DNA of 60,758 nt, counting the filler, from Dimargaris cristalligena (taxonomy: Eukaryota): assembly GCA_003614675.1 (NCBI GenBank). It is 12 parts of 12 records of this genome, joined end to end, with 100 filler letters (N's around TTAATTAATTAA, not from the genome) between each part and the next. Parts side by side here need not be neighbours in the genome. Positions count along the whole stretch, not along the records: positions 45,737 to 50,683 come from ML003704.1; positions 50,784 to 55,721 come from ML003705.1; positions 55,822 to 60,758 come from ML003706.1; 9 more parts are not named here. One strand, 5' to 3'. Position 1 is the stretch's first letter. The number at the start of each line of letters is the position of its first letter. A program made the position numbers and the translations under genes. This document shows positions 46,620 to 59,800 of this stretch, one piece after another. The notes beneath the pieces are model-generated. The model saw nothing but the letters and a program-made list of their open reading frames with translations. It did not search any database and was not told the origin of the DNA.

Positions 46620-47326
46620 AACTGTATATTCCTAAAGGGAGTTTAATTACCCCTACAGTCAAAATTTAAAAGATTAAAGGATGAATAGATAGTATAAAGG
46701 AATACTACCTATTCTATTTAACTAGCTGGACTGGCCTAAAGTTCTGAATAAAATTACTTGAATATTACTACTTATGGGTAAAATTGGTCACCCACTAGGC
46801 TGGCAAGGAGCTAGTGAATAAACAAATAGGGTAGGAAGCTGGGGAGGGACAGGTTTTAACTAAAAACCTTTAATAAACACACTCAACTAGTAAGTGTCCA
46901 AAGCCCCATATGTAGTAATATGTAAATAAAATTAAACATCAATCCTTTAGGCTACCTATTTAAGAGAACCAGTTTGAAGGGCCTGCTTCCTTACTTGGAT
47001 AGTCCTTCTATATTGATCAGAAAAAGGCCTATAATCCCTTTTGGTGTCTGTGCTGACAGCAAAAGATGATTGTAAATTAATGTGGTAACTATTAGTATAG
47101 ACTGAGGCCATTAATACATTATCTTTACCTTGAAATAAGTGGAATAACTTCACTTTTTTGAAGTTTACTATATTATAGGACTCTGGCTACTGGTCCCTAC
47201 TGTATTGTAGGAAACTAACTAAAAGCTGATCAACTTCAGCTTTCCCAGTATTGTAATTTCTAATTAAATGGTCTAGATAGTGAATTACATCAGAAATTGA
47301 TGCAACTCTGTGCTGCTTTTCAGCAG
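46620..47326 (-). pseudogene. Decayed coding-like remnant between two LTRs, identity unknown
   Basis: The ORFs at 47187 and 46956 lie in the same frame, separated by one stop. The region is CpG-depleted and shows no motif. Confidence 0.25.
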
Positions 47327-47914
47327 TGTTAGACATTCTAATCTGCCCTAACCCAGAATCCTTAGTGTCCATCTATATAAGGCCTTATAGCACTATATTA
47401 ACCTTTACATGGTCACCCCTGGTACTATAGGATTATTCTCTATCATATAACCTTTCCCCTTATGGACTCTGCCTCTTTGCACTAATCACTTGAGTGCTAA
47501 TCTAAAGACTCTTCTAGTTACCATCAGAGTCTTCCAGGCCCTAATGGCCATCTGGTTGGCCTATTTTACCATATATTAGTCTTAGTAGTATTCTTCCCCC
47601 TGGGGCCTCCCTCTGGAGTTGTCCCACATATATATAACTGGGGCCCATTGGGACTAGTTAAATTCCTTAGCTTATCCTTACCCCCCCCCTGGTTTACCCT
47701 TAATAAAACTTATATATGCTCACTCCTCCCATACTAACTAGTAAGTATGCCTGCTGCATGTCCCTTTCCTACTCTTGCACCACAGCCTTTATTAGTTAGT
47801 ACCATACCTATACCTAATACTAGTGACCTGCTTGGCTAAGCCCAAGCCCCATCTACTATTAGAAGCCTATCCTTGGGATTCTTGATGGACTATTAGTAGT
47901 TAACCTAGGCAACA
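47327..47914 (+). repeat. LTR family D, full-length copy
   Basis: TGTTAG...GGCAACA, colinear with the other family D copies. No TSD evident. Confidence 0.85.
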
Positions 47915-47970
47915 AACCTATTTAATATTTTTCAACATTAATGCTCTAGTCACTCTATCTTCAGTCTATA

Positions 47971-48114
47971 ATATGGGTGGAATTCAGTATAGCTATATAA
48001 GGTTTTAAATAATGGATGTATGGAGAAATATGTGGGAGATTCATTTTTAACTAGTGATTTTTACCTCATTTAATAGATTTATTATTATGCAGTCTAGTTG
48101 AACTTTTTCTATGT
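47971..48114 (+). mobile_element. 144-bp MITE (family E), more decayed
   Basis: ATAT-gggtggaattca ... ttatgcagtctagttgaactttttct-ATGT. Confidence 0.7.
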
Positions 48115-48297
48115 TTTGCTCAAGCCATCTCCAATCAGTCTCTCCACAAGAGACAATGGCATTACCTTTGCCCTCCCAGTCTACATTCCTAAACTAATGG
48201 ATATTTGGGCCAATTTCTGTGTCCTGACCCTGGTTATCTCAACCTGGCAGGCTATCTCTAACCCCTCCCAGATCCCTGGGTCATGGGATTACACCTG

Positions 48298-48401
48298 TAC
48301 CTAATGCTAGTAGCCTGCTTGGCCGAGCCTAAGCCCCACTTACTGTTAGAAGCCTATCCCCAGGACTCTTGATGGACTAAGAGTGGGTAACCCAGGTGAC
48401 A
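48298..48401 (+). repeat. LTR family D, 3' fragment
   Basis: ...agcctatccccaggactcttgatggactaagagtgggtaacccaggTGACA. Confidence 0.8.
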
Positions 48402-50783
48402 GGGGGCATAGCCTTAGCTGTTTTTAAATCAAATAGAATGAGCATATATTGAAATGTAAAAACACTCTTAGAGCTACAGAATGAGAGAGCCCAGCTAACT
48501 AACTAGTCCCCAGTTGCCACCAAACTGACAAATAATCAATCCACAAATTTACCCATCTTTCCTGTGCCTTCCCAGATTCAATTTCGGCCTTAGTTTTGGC
48601 TACCAACACTTCAGCAGGAGTGAGAATCTGACTGGAATTATTGTCTTAGCTCTGGGCATATTACTTAGCAATTAATTTACTACTACTGCTACCACTACTA
48701 TGGCTAGCTTTTTTTGACTTCCTGGATTTTTTACTTTTTATATAAGTAGTGGAGCAAGGGGTTATAAGGATGTATAGATGGGACACAGTTGGTACATGCA
48801 AGAGTTAGGCAAGTTACTTCAATGGGGTATGTCAAGTCTGAGGGATTAGTGTGGTTCTAGTTTCAATGTAAAATGGGTTTGCCTAATGCAATACTGAGGC
48901 AGGAGGTAGAAACCACCCTGGTATTTCATTGGAATATATGTAAACAAATCACCCTGGGATGGAGGTAGAACTTACTTAGTAACTCTCCCACCTTTTCCTT
49001 TCAACTTAAGGGAACCCCCAATGAGATTATTGTAGGCGCTCATAAGGCCCAATGAATCAGACAATGTGGTATAGCAAAAATAAATAAGTTACAAATTCAA
49101 GTGATGGGACTGTTGAATTAAGCGAGTAAGATGTACATTTTATTAGGGAAATATAGTGATGGAGATGTAATAAAGGAATATATTAGTAGTAGGAATGCTA
49201 ATAAACTGAAGAGTATCTATGGAGCAGCCGTAACACCTATTATATAGCCAGTCCTAATTCTTATGAAGCATGACTGCCAGTACTTACTAGATATGGGGTC
49301 ACTCCCATCAATAGTAGAGTTTTTGGGAGAGAGCCAGTGGACAAGAGGGGGCCGTGATAGCATCCTATCCTGCCTGCTTCAGGTGGTGAGTACCTTGGAA
49401 GTTGGGTTATTGACACGGTAGACTGGAGTCATTCTTCACCAAGGACCGGGGCTTCTATTTGTCTAACACCCTGGTCATTGTGGGTTTGAGGCATGTCATC
49501 ATCAGACAAGGGTGGTATCACATTGGTATCATTAGGACTGTGGTCGGTCCTTGGTAAGGATGTAATAAGACAGTGGGGTGGTGCTGAAGGGGAGGAGGGA
49601 GGGGGAAAACAAATACAGGCTGATTGTGCTTCCATCTCCTTACTGAGATTTCGAACTAAGGTCAAATACAGGGATCTAAAAATGGAGATAGTTGAATAGA
49701 AAGAGCTATGCTTAACTAAGTCATGCAAGAAATGTTACCATCCTAAGGCCCTTTGGTAAGTAGTTGGCGTGTTAACCAGAATAGGAAAATTGGCAGGTCT
49801 TAACACAGTGATTGCAGAAGCTCAGGTGAATCACGGGCTGTGAGGGATACGCCTTGCCGTAATCACTACTATTTGAACCCAACTTAATACATAGGCTTGC
49901 TACAAGACACCTTCATGCTCTAGCAGGTAATGTTACTATTATTAATAGGAAATTATAGAATGAGTTGATTTATTATTTAATATTAAAACCAAGATGCGAC
50001 AGTACCAGGTTAGGCACAGTGTATAGTGAACCTCAGAGAATTCTATACCTGTACGTCATTTTACCAATTTGTCGTTCCACATAGTAAAAAGGGGAGTGAA
50101 TGGGGAACAATGGTAGGTAGTGTAGGAGATATTACCCAGAGTGGTGGCACGGGGGCGGCAATTTCCAATTAGTAAATGGTAATGGCGGATGCCGGTTGGA
50201 GGTATTGTTTGAAAGTGGATTATGTTGCTGGGAGAGGAAATGAGGCAAAGCAATGGCCGGCCAAAATAGAATAGATGACTGATAGAACATAATAAATGAA
50301 TCCCCAGGGAACAGTTATTGATGGCATCCGTGTCCAGGGGGAAAGGATTAGGAAATTGTGACCAGTAAGGTCATATGTTATGGGGCTTAATAGCCCATTT
50401 GACGCAGTATGGGCGAGGCAGAGAGGTAAGGGGGGGAATCAGGGCTGCACTATAGGGCCGGTTACTTTCCAGACCTAAATACTTTTTTAATCTGTATAGG
50501 GGGGATAAGGTAGTAAAATAAAATAGATATAGCAACATTAGTTGGAATCAATTATGTATCTGAAAGAGGCCATTGTATATATACTTCTAACGCACTGGGA
50601 ATATAGAATTGGCCGTGGTGGCAAAGGAGACAAGGTTCATTATAACTCCTTGGAAACAAGCAGCCACCGCCCCAATTATCCTTNNNNNNNNNNNNNNNNN
50701 NNNNNNNNNNNNNNNNNNNNNNNNNNNTTAATTAATTAANNNNNNNNNNNNNNNNNNNNNNNNNNNNNNNNNNNNNNNNNNNN

Positions 50784-51554
50784 GGGCTTACTTGAGGGGT
50801 GTTGCTGCTGTTGTTGATGATGTTCGTGGGTGTGGTATTGATCTTGCAAGGATTCTGACTCGCCAGGGTCTGACTCCGGCCGCGGCAGCGGGGCGGGCAC
50901 CGTGCTAGCTGGTGGTGTGGGCAGCTGTTTGCGATGTCCGGATAGAGTAGAGGAAGGTCGAAGGAAACTCTCCTTATATTCTTGACGCATACCCGTGGGG
51001 TTAGTGATGGCCGCTACGGCCTGTTCATAGTAAGACAGGGGAGATTCCGTGGTAGCCGACTCGGTGGCCCCGGGTCGTGGAATGGAAAAGCGACGTGGCT
51101 GAAGTCCCCCGTGGTCACCGCCACCACCCTCAGCCCCCTCCGGATTATTCCATAACCGCCGAAACGAAGGGTGCACCGCCACTGGTACGGCATCAGGTAT
51201 CGGCACCCGCTGACTCGGGGTTTCGAAGGGGTAGTAGTGGGGGTGGGAGGTATGGTGCTGGAGGAGCCCTCCGAAACGGGCCGAGTAGGCGGACGCGGCG
51301 GCGGCGGATTCCAAATCGGAATCACAATCGGACAACTCGGAGGCCATAAACACGTGGTTCGCTAGGGGGGAATGGCGCTGGGGTTGGCTCGTTGAATACA
51401 TGGACGTGGGCGAATCCCGGTGGCCCAGAATGGGGGACCTTTGGCGGTCTACGGAGTCCGCACCTGCGGCATGACCACTACCACCACCTTCCCCACCCGC
51501 CGTGCTCTGATGGTCGTGCAGTCGTTCGTACCCAGTATGACTTTGGCCAATCAT
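50784..51554 (-). CDS. N-terminal low-complexity (Ser/His/Gln/Gly-rich) part of an unidentified protein, 3' truncated
   Basis: ATG at 51554 in an accATG context. The GC- and CpG-rich frame is open to the contig edge. Confidence 0.6.
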
Positions 51555-51734
51555 GGTCTAGTATGAAGGACTGCACTTAAGAGGAGGGGAGGGTTTGGAA
51601 GTTGGGGTGCTGCACCGGGCTGGGGAACGCGGGAAGGAGGAGGGTTTTAACAAAAATAGGCCAGAGACCGTAAAGGCAAGGTAACACGAATATCAGAGGA
51701 AGTGGAATAAGGCGGAGTTGGAAAGGCGTAAGTC

Positions 51735-51768
51735 ACTACTACTACTACTACTAACAACAACAACAACA
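51735..51768. repeat. Compound (CTA)n(CAA)n microsatellite
   Basis: Read directly from the sequence; lies upstream of the 51554 start. Confidence 0.8.
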
Positions 51769-54280
51769 AAAAGTGGTCTGGTTGGGTTGGAAATGGACAG
51801 AGCAGGAGAGAAGGAGACTCGGCGAACACGCGCTGGAACAATAAAGGTCGCGTTAGACACAGTAAACGAGGCTCTGGGATACGAGTCGCAGGGCAGCTGG
51901 AAAAGAACAGCAGTAGAACTGGGCCGGGAAATCGAAAATAATGCGGATGAAATAGATGGAACCCAAGTAAAAGGAGAAATGAAGGGTTGAAGGAAGAACA
52001 ATAGGAACCTTCAGTACTAGTCTACAGTTCCGTGCAGGGCTAGTTGACCGAGTATATGCAGGCTGCAAAGGGATTAGAGGAGAAGAGGGCTAGGGCCACA
52101 CTGGGTGACTATATGCCTATTATAAACAACTTCCCCCTTGACACTGCCAGCCGCGTTCGTAAGGTACGGTTTAAGGGACTTAAGGAGGTAGTGGTGGTAT
52201 ATAATACAGGGCCGGCTCAGGAGGGCACCGGCTGAGAAACGCTAGTAAAGGCAGGGGCAGTAAGCAGCCACGGCGGGAGAGTGGGTGGTGAATAGGCCTG
52301 GTTCGTCAACCGGCAAGAGTGAGCGGGTGGGCTATAACTACAACTATATCGATGTCTGTATTTGTGTCTATATCAGCATATATATAAAAACGCAAGCAGT
52401 GATTCAAATCAAGGTAAAGGGAGTCTAGCAGAGCTATATTAGTAGTAAGCGGACAGATGAGGGGCCCAGTAGCAAATAAGGGATGATCCGCCCATTCCTA
52501 ATCAAAAACAACGCGTAATGGGGAGACGCGTCTCCAAGGGTTGAGAAACGCCCTTCCCTGGCTGGATTGTATTACATAGTCGAGACCCTTCTCCCCCATT
52601 CCCCAGGTTGATTCCAGCCTAGGCTAAATAGAAGGTACTCGGGTGGGCTATAGAGACTGCTCCTCGACATTCCTCCTACCCAAAGTAACCCCAGGGAAGG
52701 TGCGATTCAGAAGGGTGCCTTGTACAAACCGAGGGTGAGCAGGTTACACTAACCCTATCCCTAGACTTGGTGTGGTTGTGGGGAAGTCTCTCCCCCTAGG
52801 TCAAAGGTGTCGATAGGTCTTTGTGCCACGTATCCTTCCATTTTTCACACTCCGCTAAACCGGCAATCACCAATCTCCCGGGGCCTGTTGTGAGTATGGG
52901 CAGGATCGGGCAGCTGTTGGTTCAATTCCGAAGAACACTCTGACGGAATACTACACCTATTACTGCATTTGGGGGAAGTGGCAGAAAAGAGGATTTATGT
53001 ACCACACACTGCCAAGATGCAGGGCTATTCCTTCGTGGTCTGGTCTTGTTCATCGGTATGCCCCATTGTATTTGAGAGCTAGACTCCCAATGTTTTAAAG
53101 AATCACTAGCAGATCCATTAGCCTCTATATTAACTAGGTGGGCATAGGTGTGTGTATCTGGACCTAGCCCAAAGTGCATCCCTTTGGCTTAGAACCCTTC
53201 CTATAACTCTACTCAGCCCAGGCTTCCAACCGCCCCGAATCCGATGCGAGCATCCTACCACACCGATGGGTGAGAGTGGAACAAACGATTACCTGATTTA
53301 TTGGCTAGCCTTACTGTGAATGAATGGGAATAGTTTATATAGTGAGGGGCTGTAAACAGCAGGCGAGCCGCTGGTATTGCCATCCTACTCAGCTGTTCCG
53401 TGGTTAAGATTCTGCAGCTCTATCCAATATGTATAAGGGGCTATTCCTCATATCACAGGTTGTCCCATAATCCCCTATTTAAACATAATTTTATTATGGA
53501 ATTTATTCAGATGCAATTAGCCTCTGACTTCTGGGGTTGCCAGGTACAACCTGGCCCTACATTTGCACCGGTCTAATTAGGATAGCCACACTAGTTTAAC
53601 AAGACATGTCACAAATAGTGCAGACCTCCCAAGTACCGGAAATCCCAGCCAATGGCTTGAGTATATTTTCATGTTGAAATGCCCGTGGTATTAATCTAAA
53701 AGACCGGTTCATTTTGGTTATAACTATAAGGAGCCCGCTACCTCATTTTATATCTCATAGTTAGGGACATTATTGAATAGAACGCCCTGTCTACCAAAGC
53801 TCGCATCTTTCAAGACTTATTTCGGGTAAATATACACACACCTAGCGAATTTTTCGCTAGTTACGCTAGATAGCTCAGTTTACAGCAATAACAGCACCTT
53901 AGTCTCAAAAATATCTTCCCCTTCCCCCTCCTTGTTCCCAGAAGAAAAAAGTCGGGTATGATGCACCATTTTGTGACTAGGTCTACCTAATAGTATTCAA
54001 ATTGAATTGTTCGAGGAATCCCTACAATACACTTGATTGGCTACTGTTGTACAGTTAAAGCACTGTGCTTTTACCTTTTCTTCCCTCTGCGATTATTTTT
54101 ACTTTGGCCATATCGTTATATTCTTGCACTTTGGGACATTTCTCCAACACTTCAGTGTGTATCTATGATACATCCCGTTTTTCTCTGCCATTTCTCGGCA
54201 GTTCATATGTAGGTTTGCTTAGTATTATATTTACCTGTAATTTACATTTCACCCATTTTACATTCCCGTATATCTTCACT

Positions 54281-55630
54281 GTGGCCCTGCCTAATTTTGG
54301 TATATCCACCCTGGCTTTGATCTGGCTCTTGACTGCTAACCATGGTTTCTGCCATCCAACTTTTAACTCCGATAATTTATCGGGCGCGCTCATGGAAGAG
54401 CAGGTGTACTCAAATTCTAGCCCTCCAAACGTTGCGGATTCCCAACCCCTTGGAGGCTATGCACACTTGGGAACTGATAGCAACTTACTATTTAATTTCA
54501 ACCCCACACCCAATCTCCACTTTGATAATCTACCCCCAGCCCAGTACCCCACTATCTGCAAACTCATCCAGTCCCAGCCCCAATGGGTTTTCCAACCCAG
54601 AAAATGAATTTACAGAACCATTCAACTCAAATGATTTATTGAGTAGCTACTATGGAGCAGCCATTTTAGAGTCAGTTGCCGAAAGCCAACCTGTATGATC
54701 TATAGCAACAGGGGATGCTAGTCATATGGAGAAATGACCAGTGGACTCGGAATCCGGTTTTCTGGACCATCAGCCAACTCCCAATATCCCTGCAGCAGAC
54801 CCTATTCTCAACCCCAACCAAGAGTACTTGGCCAACACCATACCCAAAGTCCCCCCTTTAAAATGCCGTAAAGGAAGTGATCAGGATCTGCCGCTGCCCG
54901 ACTTGGGTGGGCATGGTCGTCCTGAGCTTAGGTGGGTCAATACATCCCAGTCGAGTGAAATGACCACCCCCACCCTACCGCTATCCGTAAAATCACCTAG
55001 TGAGGTTGTTGAACTATTACCCCGGTCAGCCTATATACCCTATTTATTAGTGAGGCTATCCCTCGGCCTTTATAAAACATGTGCAACCTACTCAACCCTA
55101 GCTTTTGGTAGGCAGCTGGGGGCCAATGTCGGGGGGGGGGGGAGGGGGGCAATCTAGCACCACAGCAACCTCCCCTAAACTAGCTAGCAAGTAAATCGAG
55201 ACTTAATGTTTATTGCTGGGTACGGAAAAGTGTGCTTCAGTTCAGAGCCTCTATGTGGCAGTCAACAGTAGAATAAATGCAACCACTCAAGGTCTTGCCT
55301 CAACCCGCTTTACCACCATGCATACCTTTATTCATCATGCCCAATCTATGTTAAATTACAATGAGAAATTGCTGGCCCAATGACTGGCCCTTAGTTTCAC
55401 AGCATAATTCAACCTGGCAACTGGAGGTGTCGGTGCTTATTTCTTCACTACCCCTGAGGGATATTACTGTGCCCAGTTAGCCAATTTCAGAGTCAACTCA
55501 GACATTGTTTATAGGTTTTCGGTGATTCTGTTACCAGCCAATTCACTTGGGCCAGAAAGCGCAAGTGGTTATAACATGGCCCTGCTAATAATCGACGAAG
55601 TTATCCTTAAATGCAGGTCAAAATAAAATA
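54281..55630 (+). pseudogene. Probable pseudogene of a secreted Pro/Ser/Asn-rich protein
   Basis: Signal-like segment ALPNFGISTLALIWLLTANHGFC-HP. Frameshift near 54535. The ORFs at 54342 and 54741 share a frame with two TGA stops between them. A G-run at about 55131 is followed by more stop-interrupted coding-like sequence up to the LTR at 55661. Confidence 0.45.
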
Positions 55631-55660
55631 AACTGGACCAAACTAAACCTGCTATACATC

Positions 55661-55721
55661 CGTAAAGAACTGAAATCAAATCCTTGAAAACTGAACTTTA
55701 TTTGAAAAGATAGATAATAAA
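55661..55721 (-). repeat. LTR family C end
   Basis: Same sequence as 30386-30440, at the contig end. Confidence 0.8.
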
Positions 55722-55821
55722 NNNNNNNNNNNNNNNNNNNNNNNNNNNNNNNNNNNNNNNNNNNNTTAATTAATTAANNNNNNNNNNNNNNNNNNNNNNN
55801 NNNNNNNNNNNNNNNNNNNNN

Positions 55822-55881
55822 TAATATTGGCCGAATCTAATGGATTTTTCGTTATACGGCTTGGATGAACTTCTCCCATAT
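55822..55881 (+). mobile_element. MITE family E, right half
   Basis: ...tctaatggatttttcgttatacggcttggatgaacttctccc-ATAT. Confidence 0.75.
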
Positions 55882-56842
55882 AATTCAACATGGTTGCTGA
55901 TTACCCTCTGCTATTCAGTCGCTGTTAACGGATAAGCCGCAGCTCAATGTGGACGGAATCCCTTACTTAGGTCGGCAAGGTTTTAATGCAGGCTGGGTTG
56001 GGAACACCGAGCTGTGGTGGCTAAGCTGACAAATCTTCAAACAATCTCCCTTATTTCCAGATCACCCGGTGGCCATATGTTTATCCCCCGCTTATTACGG
56101 ATAGACTTGTATTTTCCCCGACAAGGACCCTCGTACTTTATCCGATCCAAGCCTTGGGATTGGTGGAAAAATGGGTGAACCACTTACCTAATGCGCATTC
56201 AGAGACTCTATGCTACTTACTAGAGACCAGACCGTCCGTCGTATGGTTTAGCCCCTACTGAGTGTATGCGGTTTTGAAGAAAAGATATAAAACGGTCTTA
56301 CCTATCCCCCCCCTTTCTTCCTTCCTAGCCTGAGTTAGTACGTTACGTGGCTTCCTCTTTGTCTCTCTGGCCCCAACCAACCGTCACTTAAATCAGTCCC
56401 TAGGTGTTGCAGAGTTGGCTTGCCCTTGACCCACTCTCCCCCTTCCTCCTTTTTTTTCTAACCTCGCTTCTACGTCAATCATTTTATATCTCGGCTATCT
56501 TAATCCGCCTTCACAGTCGCCAAACTACCCTGTCCTACCCCCGTAGCCCTTTTCCACCTATCCCTTGACTTGCTCCTATTTTCTTTATTCCCGCCAATAG
56601 CGGTGCTGACTAAGCCCACTTTCGCCTTTAGCCCTTAGTGCATTAAAAGGAGGTGCGCCATACCCTCTCCTTTCCTCCCTTTTTGAGACCAGCTAGTTTC
56701 CTCGCCTAATTAAGCCCCGGGGATAAATAGCTTGCTGTTAACTCTCGCTTGCTTGTTTAATACCTTTCTCGTTTTCTTATATATTTGTAAAACCGGCCAG
56801 GTCCGGCCTTTTGACCCTCCAACCCCTTTTCAGTCTCCCGCC

Positions 56843-59800
56843 ATGGTTAGCGACTTTTATAACCCGAAAAACCATTGCCTCGATTCCGAGGGCTGGGTAA
56901 GTAGTATTCTTTAGTAGTCCATTCCGCCCCTTAACTGTTATCTACTGTCCCGGTTCTTATGTAAACATTCTCTCTGTTATTTGGGTGTTCTTCTCCCCAA
57001 CGAAGTCGACCAGCCGGCCGTATTTTTCCTAGTTTTGACCCTAACATCCCCATTGCGCCTTTATGCCCTGTTCTTTACTCCCGTCCGCAGGGCCCTTGGA
57101 GCGACCACCGCGTAGTGGACCTTACCACCTGCTTCGAAGACGGTGTCGCAGTTCCCTCCCTATTCGCCCTTTTCCTACTGGTGGGCAGTTATCGCCTGTA
57201 TCAACTGCGGCAACGTCCTTCTTACCCCTGTGAGTTTACCAAAACCCTCTGGTACCGTCTCAAGCAACTGCTCAGCCTGGTGGCGATTGGCATCACTCTG
57301 TATCAACTATGGTGGAGTATCCGGGGCATCTCCCCCACCTTTTCTCTGGCTACTACTCTGGGCTACAGTTCCCAAACTCTAATCTTGGTAAGTTCATTGC
57401 TCACTCCAGCAGTCCCCCGGTATTTACCCCAACCCGCCCACCGTTTTATCAGAACCAGCCGCTCTGTCTCCGGTCTAACTGCCGTGGCCTGTCCTACTGC
57501 GCCCTCATTATTTCGCTAACTTTATCCACCGATTTCTGTAATATACCTACCTGGTGGGAGCGGCACTTTACTAATTCTATAGAATTTCCATTTGACCTTA
57601 TCATTCCCTTTTTCTCACACCGACCCCCAATTTAGATCTTCGCTCTCGTACTGGGTGCCTACGAACAATCCCATAGTCGGATTTCCTCGGGCACTCTACT
57701 GCTCTTTTACCTTGCCACCGTTACCCTAAATCTGATTCGTCTGCGTACCTGGTACCTCCTCGGTTTCCACCATACTCAAACCGCTGGGTTCTTCGCCACG
57801 GTGGCCTTCATCGGCACCATGGCTCTCCTCTTTGTGGTCGAACTTGTACCCAAGCCGCGTTCCGAATACCTGTTGCCCGACGAGGATATGGGCCATAACA
57901 GTCCCGAGGAAGAAGCCAATATCTTCTCCCGGATTTTCTTTACCTGGATGTCGCCTATGTTGGCCCTCGGTTATCAGCGGGTTCTAACCCCCGATGACAT
58001 GTGGGATCTACCCCGTGACACCCAGACCGCCCACGTTTCCGATAAATTCCAGCACTACTGGCAGGGTGAGCAACGCAAGCAGAAGCCGTCCTTAATCCGT
58101 GCCTGCGCAGTTGCATTTGGGGCCCCCTTCGCCCTGGCCGCCGTGTTCAAGGCTGGTCAGGATATCCTGGCCTTTGTCCAGCCCCAGTTGCTGAAACGCC
58201 TGCTCATCTTCGTGCAGAGCTACTACAGTGACAATCCCCAACCAGTGGCCAACGGCTATTTTATTGCCCTGACCATGTTTGCCACAGCCCTGTTTCAGAC
58301 CACTCTCCTACACCAGTACTTCCAAATGTGTACAATGGTGGGTGTCCGTCTGCGGGCTGCCCTGGTTACCGCTATCTACCAAAAAGCCCTGCGCCTGTCC
58401 AATGTCGCCCGCCAGCAGTTTACTATCGGTGAAATCGTCAACCACATGAGTGTCGACGCCCAGCGTCTATCAGACATGACTACCTACCTCCACGTCGCCT
58501 GGAGTGGCCTTTTCCAAATTGCCATGTGCTTGTACTTCCTCTACGACACGCTCGGCTGGAGCTCCTTCGCCGGTGTCGCCATCATGATTGTGACTATCCC
58601 CATGAACGGTTTCATTGCCACTCGGATGCGGGCCCTGCAGAAGAAGCAGATGATTAACAAGGATGCCCGTATCAAGCTTATGGATGAGATCCTGAATGGT
58701 ATCAAGGTCATCAAGCTCTACGCTTGGGAGGGCGCCTTTTTGAACCGTGTCAACCATGTCCGTAATGACCGAGAATTAGTCACCATCCGGGATTACGCCA
58801 AGGTCTTTGCCGTGCAAAATTTCGCCCTGACCTGTACTCCGTTTTTGGTCAGTATCGCAACCTTTGGCACCTACGCCCTGTTCGACGGTGAGTCCCGCGG
58901 CCCCCTCCGCGCCGACCTGATCTTCGTTGCCCTGACGCTTCTGAATCTACTGCGATTCCCTCTCATGATGGTCCCAATGATCATGACCTCCCTTGTCGAG
59001 GCCGGTGTGGCTTTTGACCGTATCCGCAAGTTTTTGGTTAGCGAGGAACTTGACCCCAACGCGGTTGAGCGCCTGGACTACGTTGATCGGCGTGGCAAGA
59101 ATACACCTTCCGGTTCTAGCGACTTGGTGACTGTGCGCGACGGTACCTTTACCTGGTTATCCGAAGATGAGACCCCCACCCTCCGGGATATTCAACTGAC
59201 CTGCGCCCCCGGCGAGCTCGTATCCGTGGTGGGCCGTGTGGGTAGTGGCAAATCATCCCTCATTTCCGCTCTTCTCGGAGACATGCACAAACTGAGCGGC
59301 AGCGTGGCAATCCGTGGTCAGGTCGCCTACGTCTCTCAGCAACCCTGGATTATGAACACTACCCTGCGGGAAAACATCCTGTTCGGTCACCGCTATGACG
59401 CCGACTTCTATCAAAAGACCATCGAGGTGTGCTCGCTGCAGCAGGACATTGACATGCTGACCTCGGGAGACCTGACCGAAATTGGCGAGAAGGGCATCAA
59501 CTTATCCGGAGGCCAGAAGGCCCGTGTCTCGCTGGCCCGTGCCGTGTATGCTCGCGCTGACGTCTATCTTCTGGACGATCCCCTTTCCGCCGTCGATGCT
59601 CATGTTGGCCGTCACATTTTCAACCATGTTCTGGGACCCCAAGGTCTGCTCAAGTCCCGGGCCCGTATTCTGGTCACCCACGCTGTGCAATATTTGCATA
59701 AGGCTGACCGGATCGTTATGCTGCGGGATGGGCAAATTCGTGAGCAGGGACCTTACCAGGACCTTATCGCCCGCCAGGATGGTTTGTTCAACCTAATTAA

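Noticed and set aside
48420-49750. CpG-poor stretch with a short Pro-rich minus-strand ORF
   Set aside because: It may be a decayed gene or TE, but no motif or second copy supports a call.
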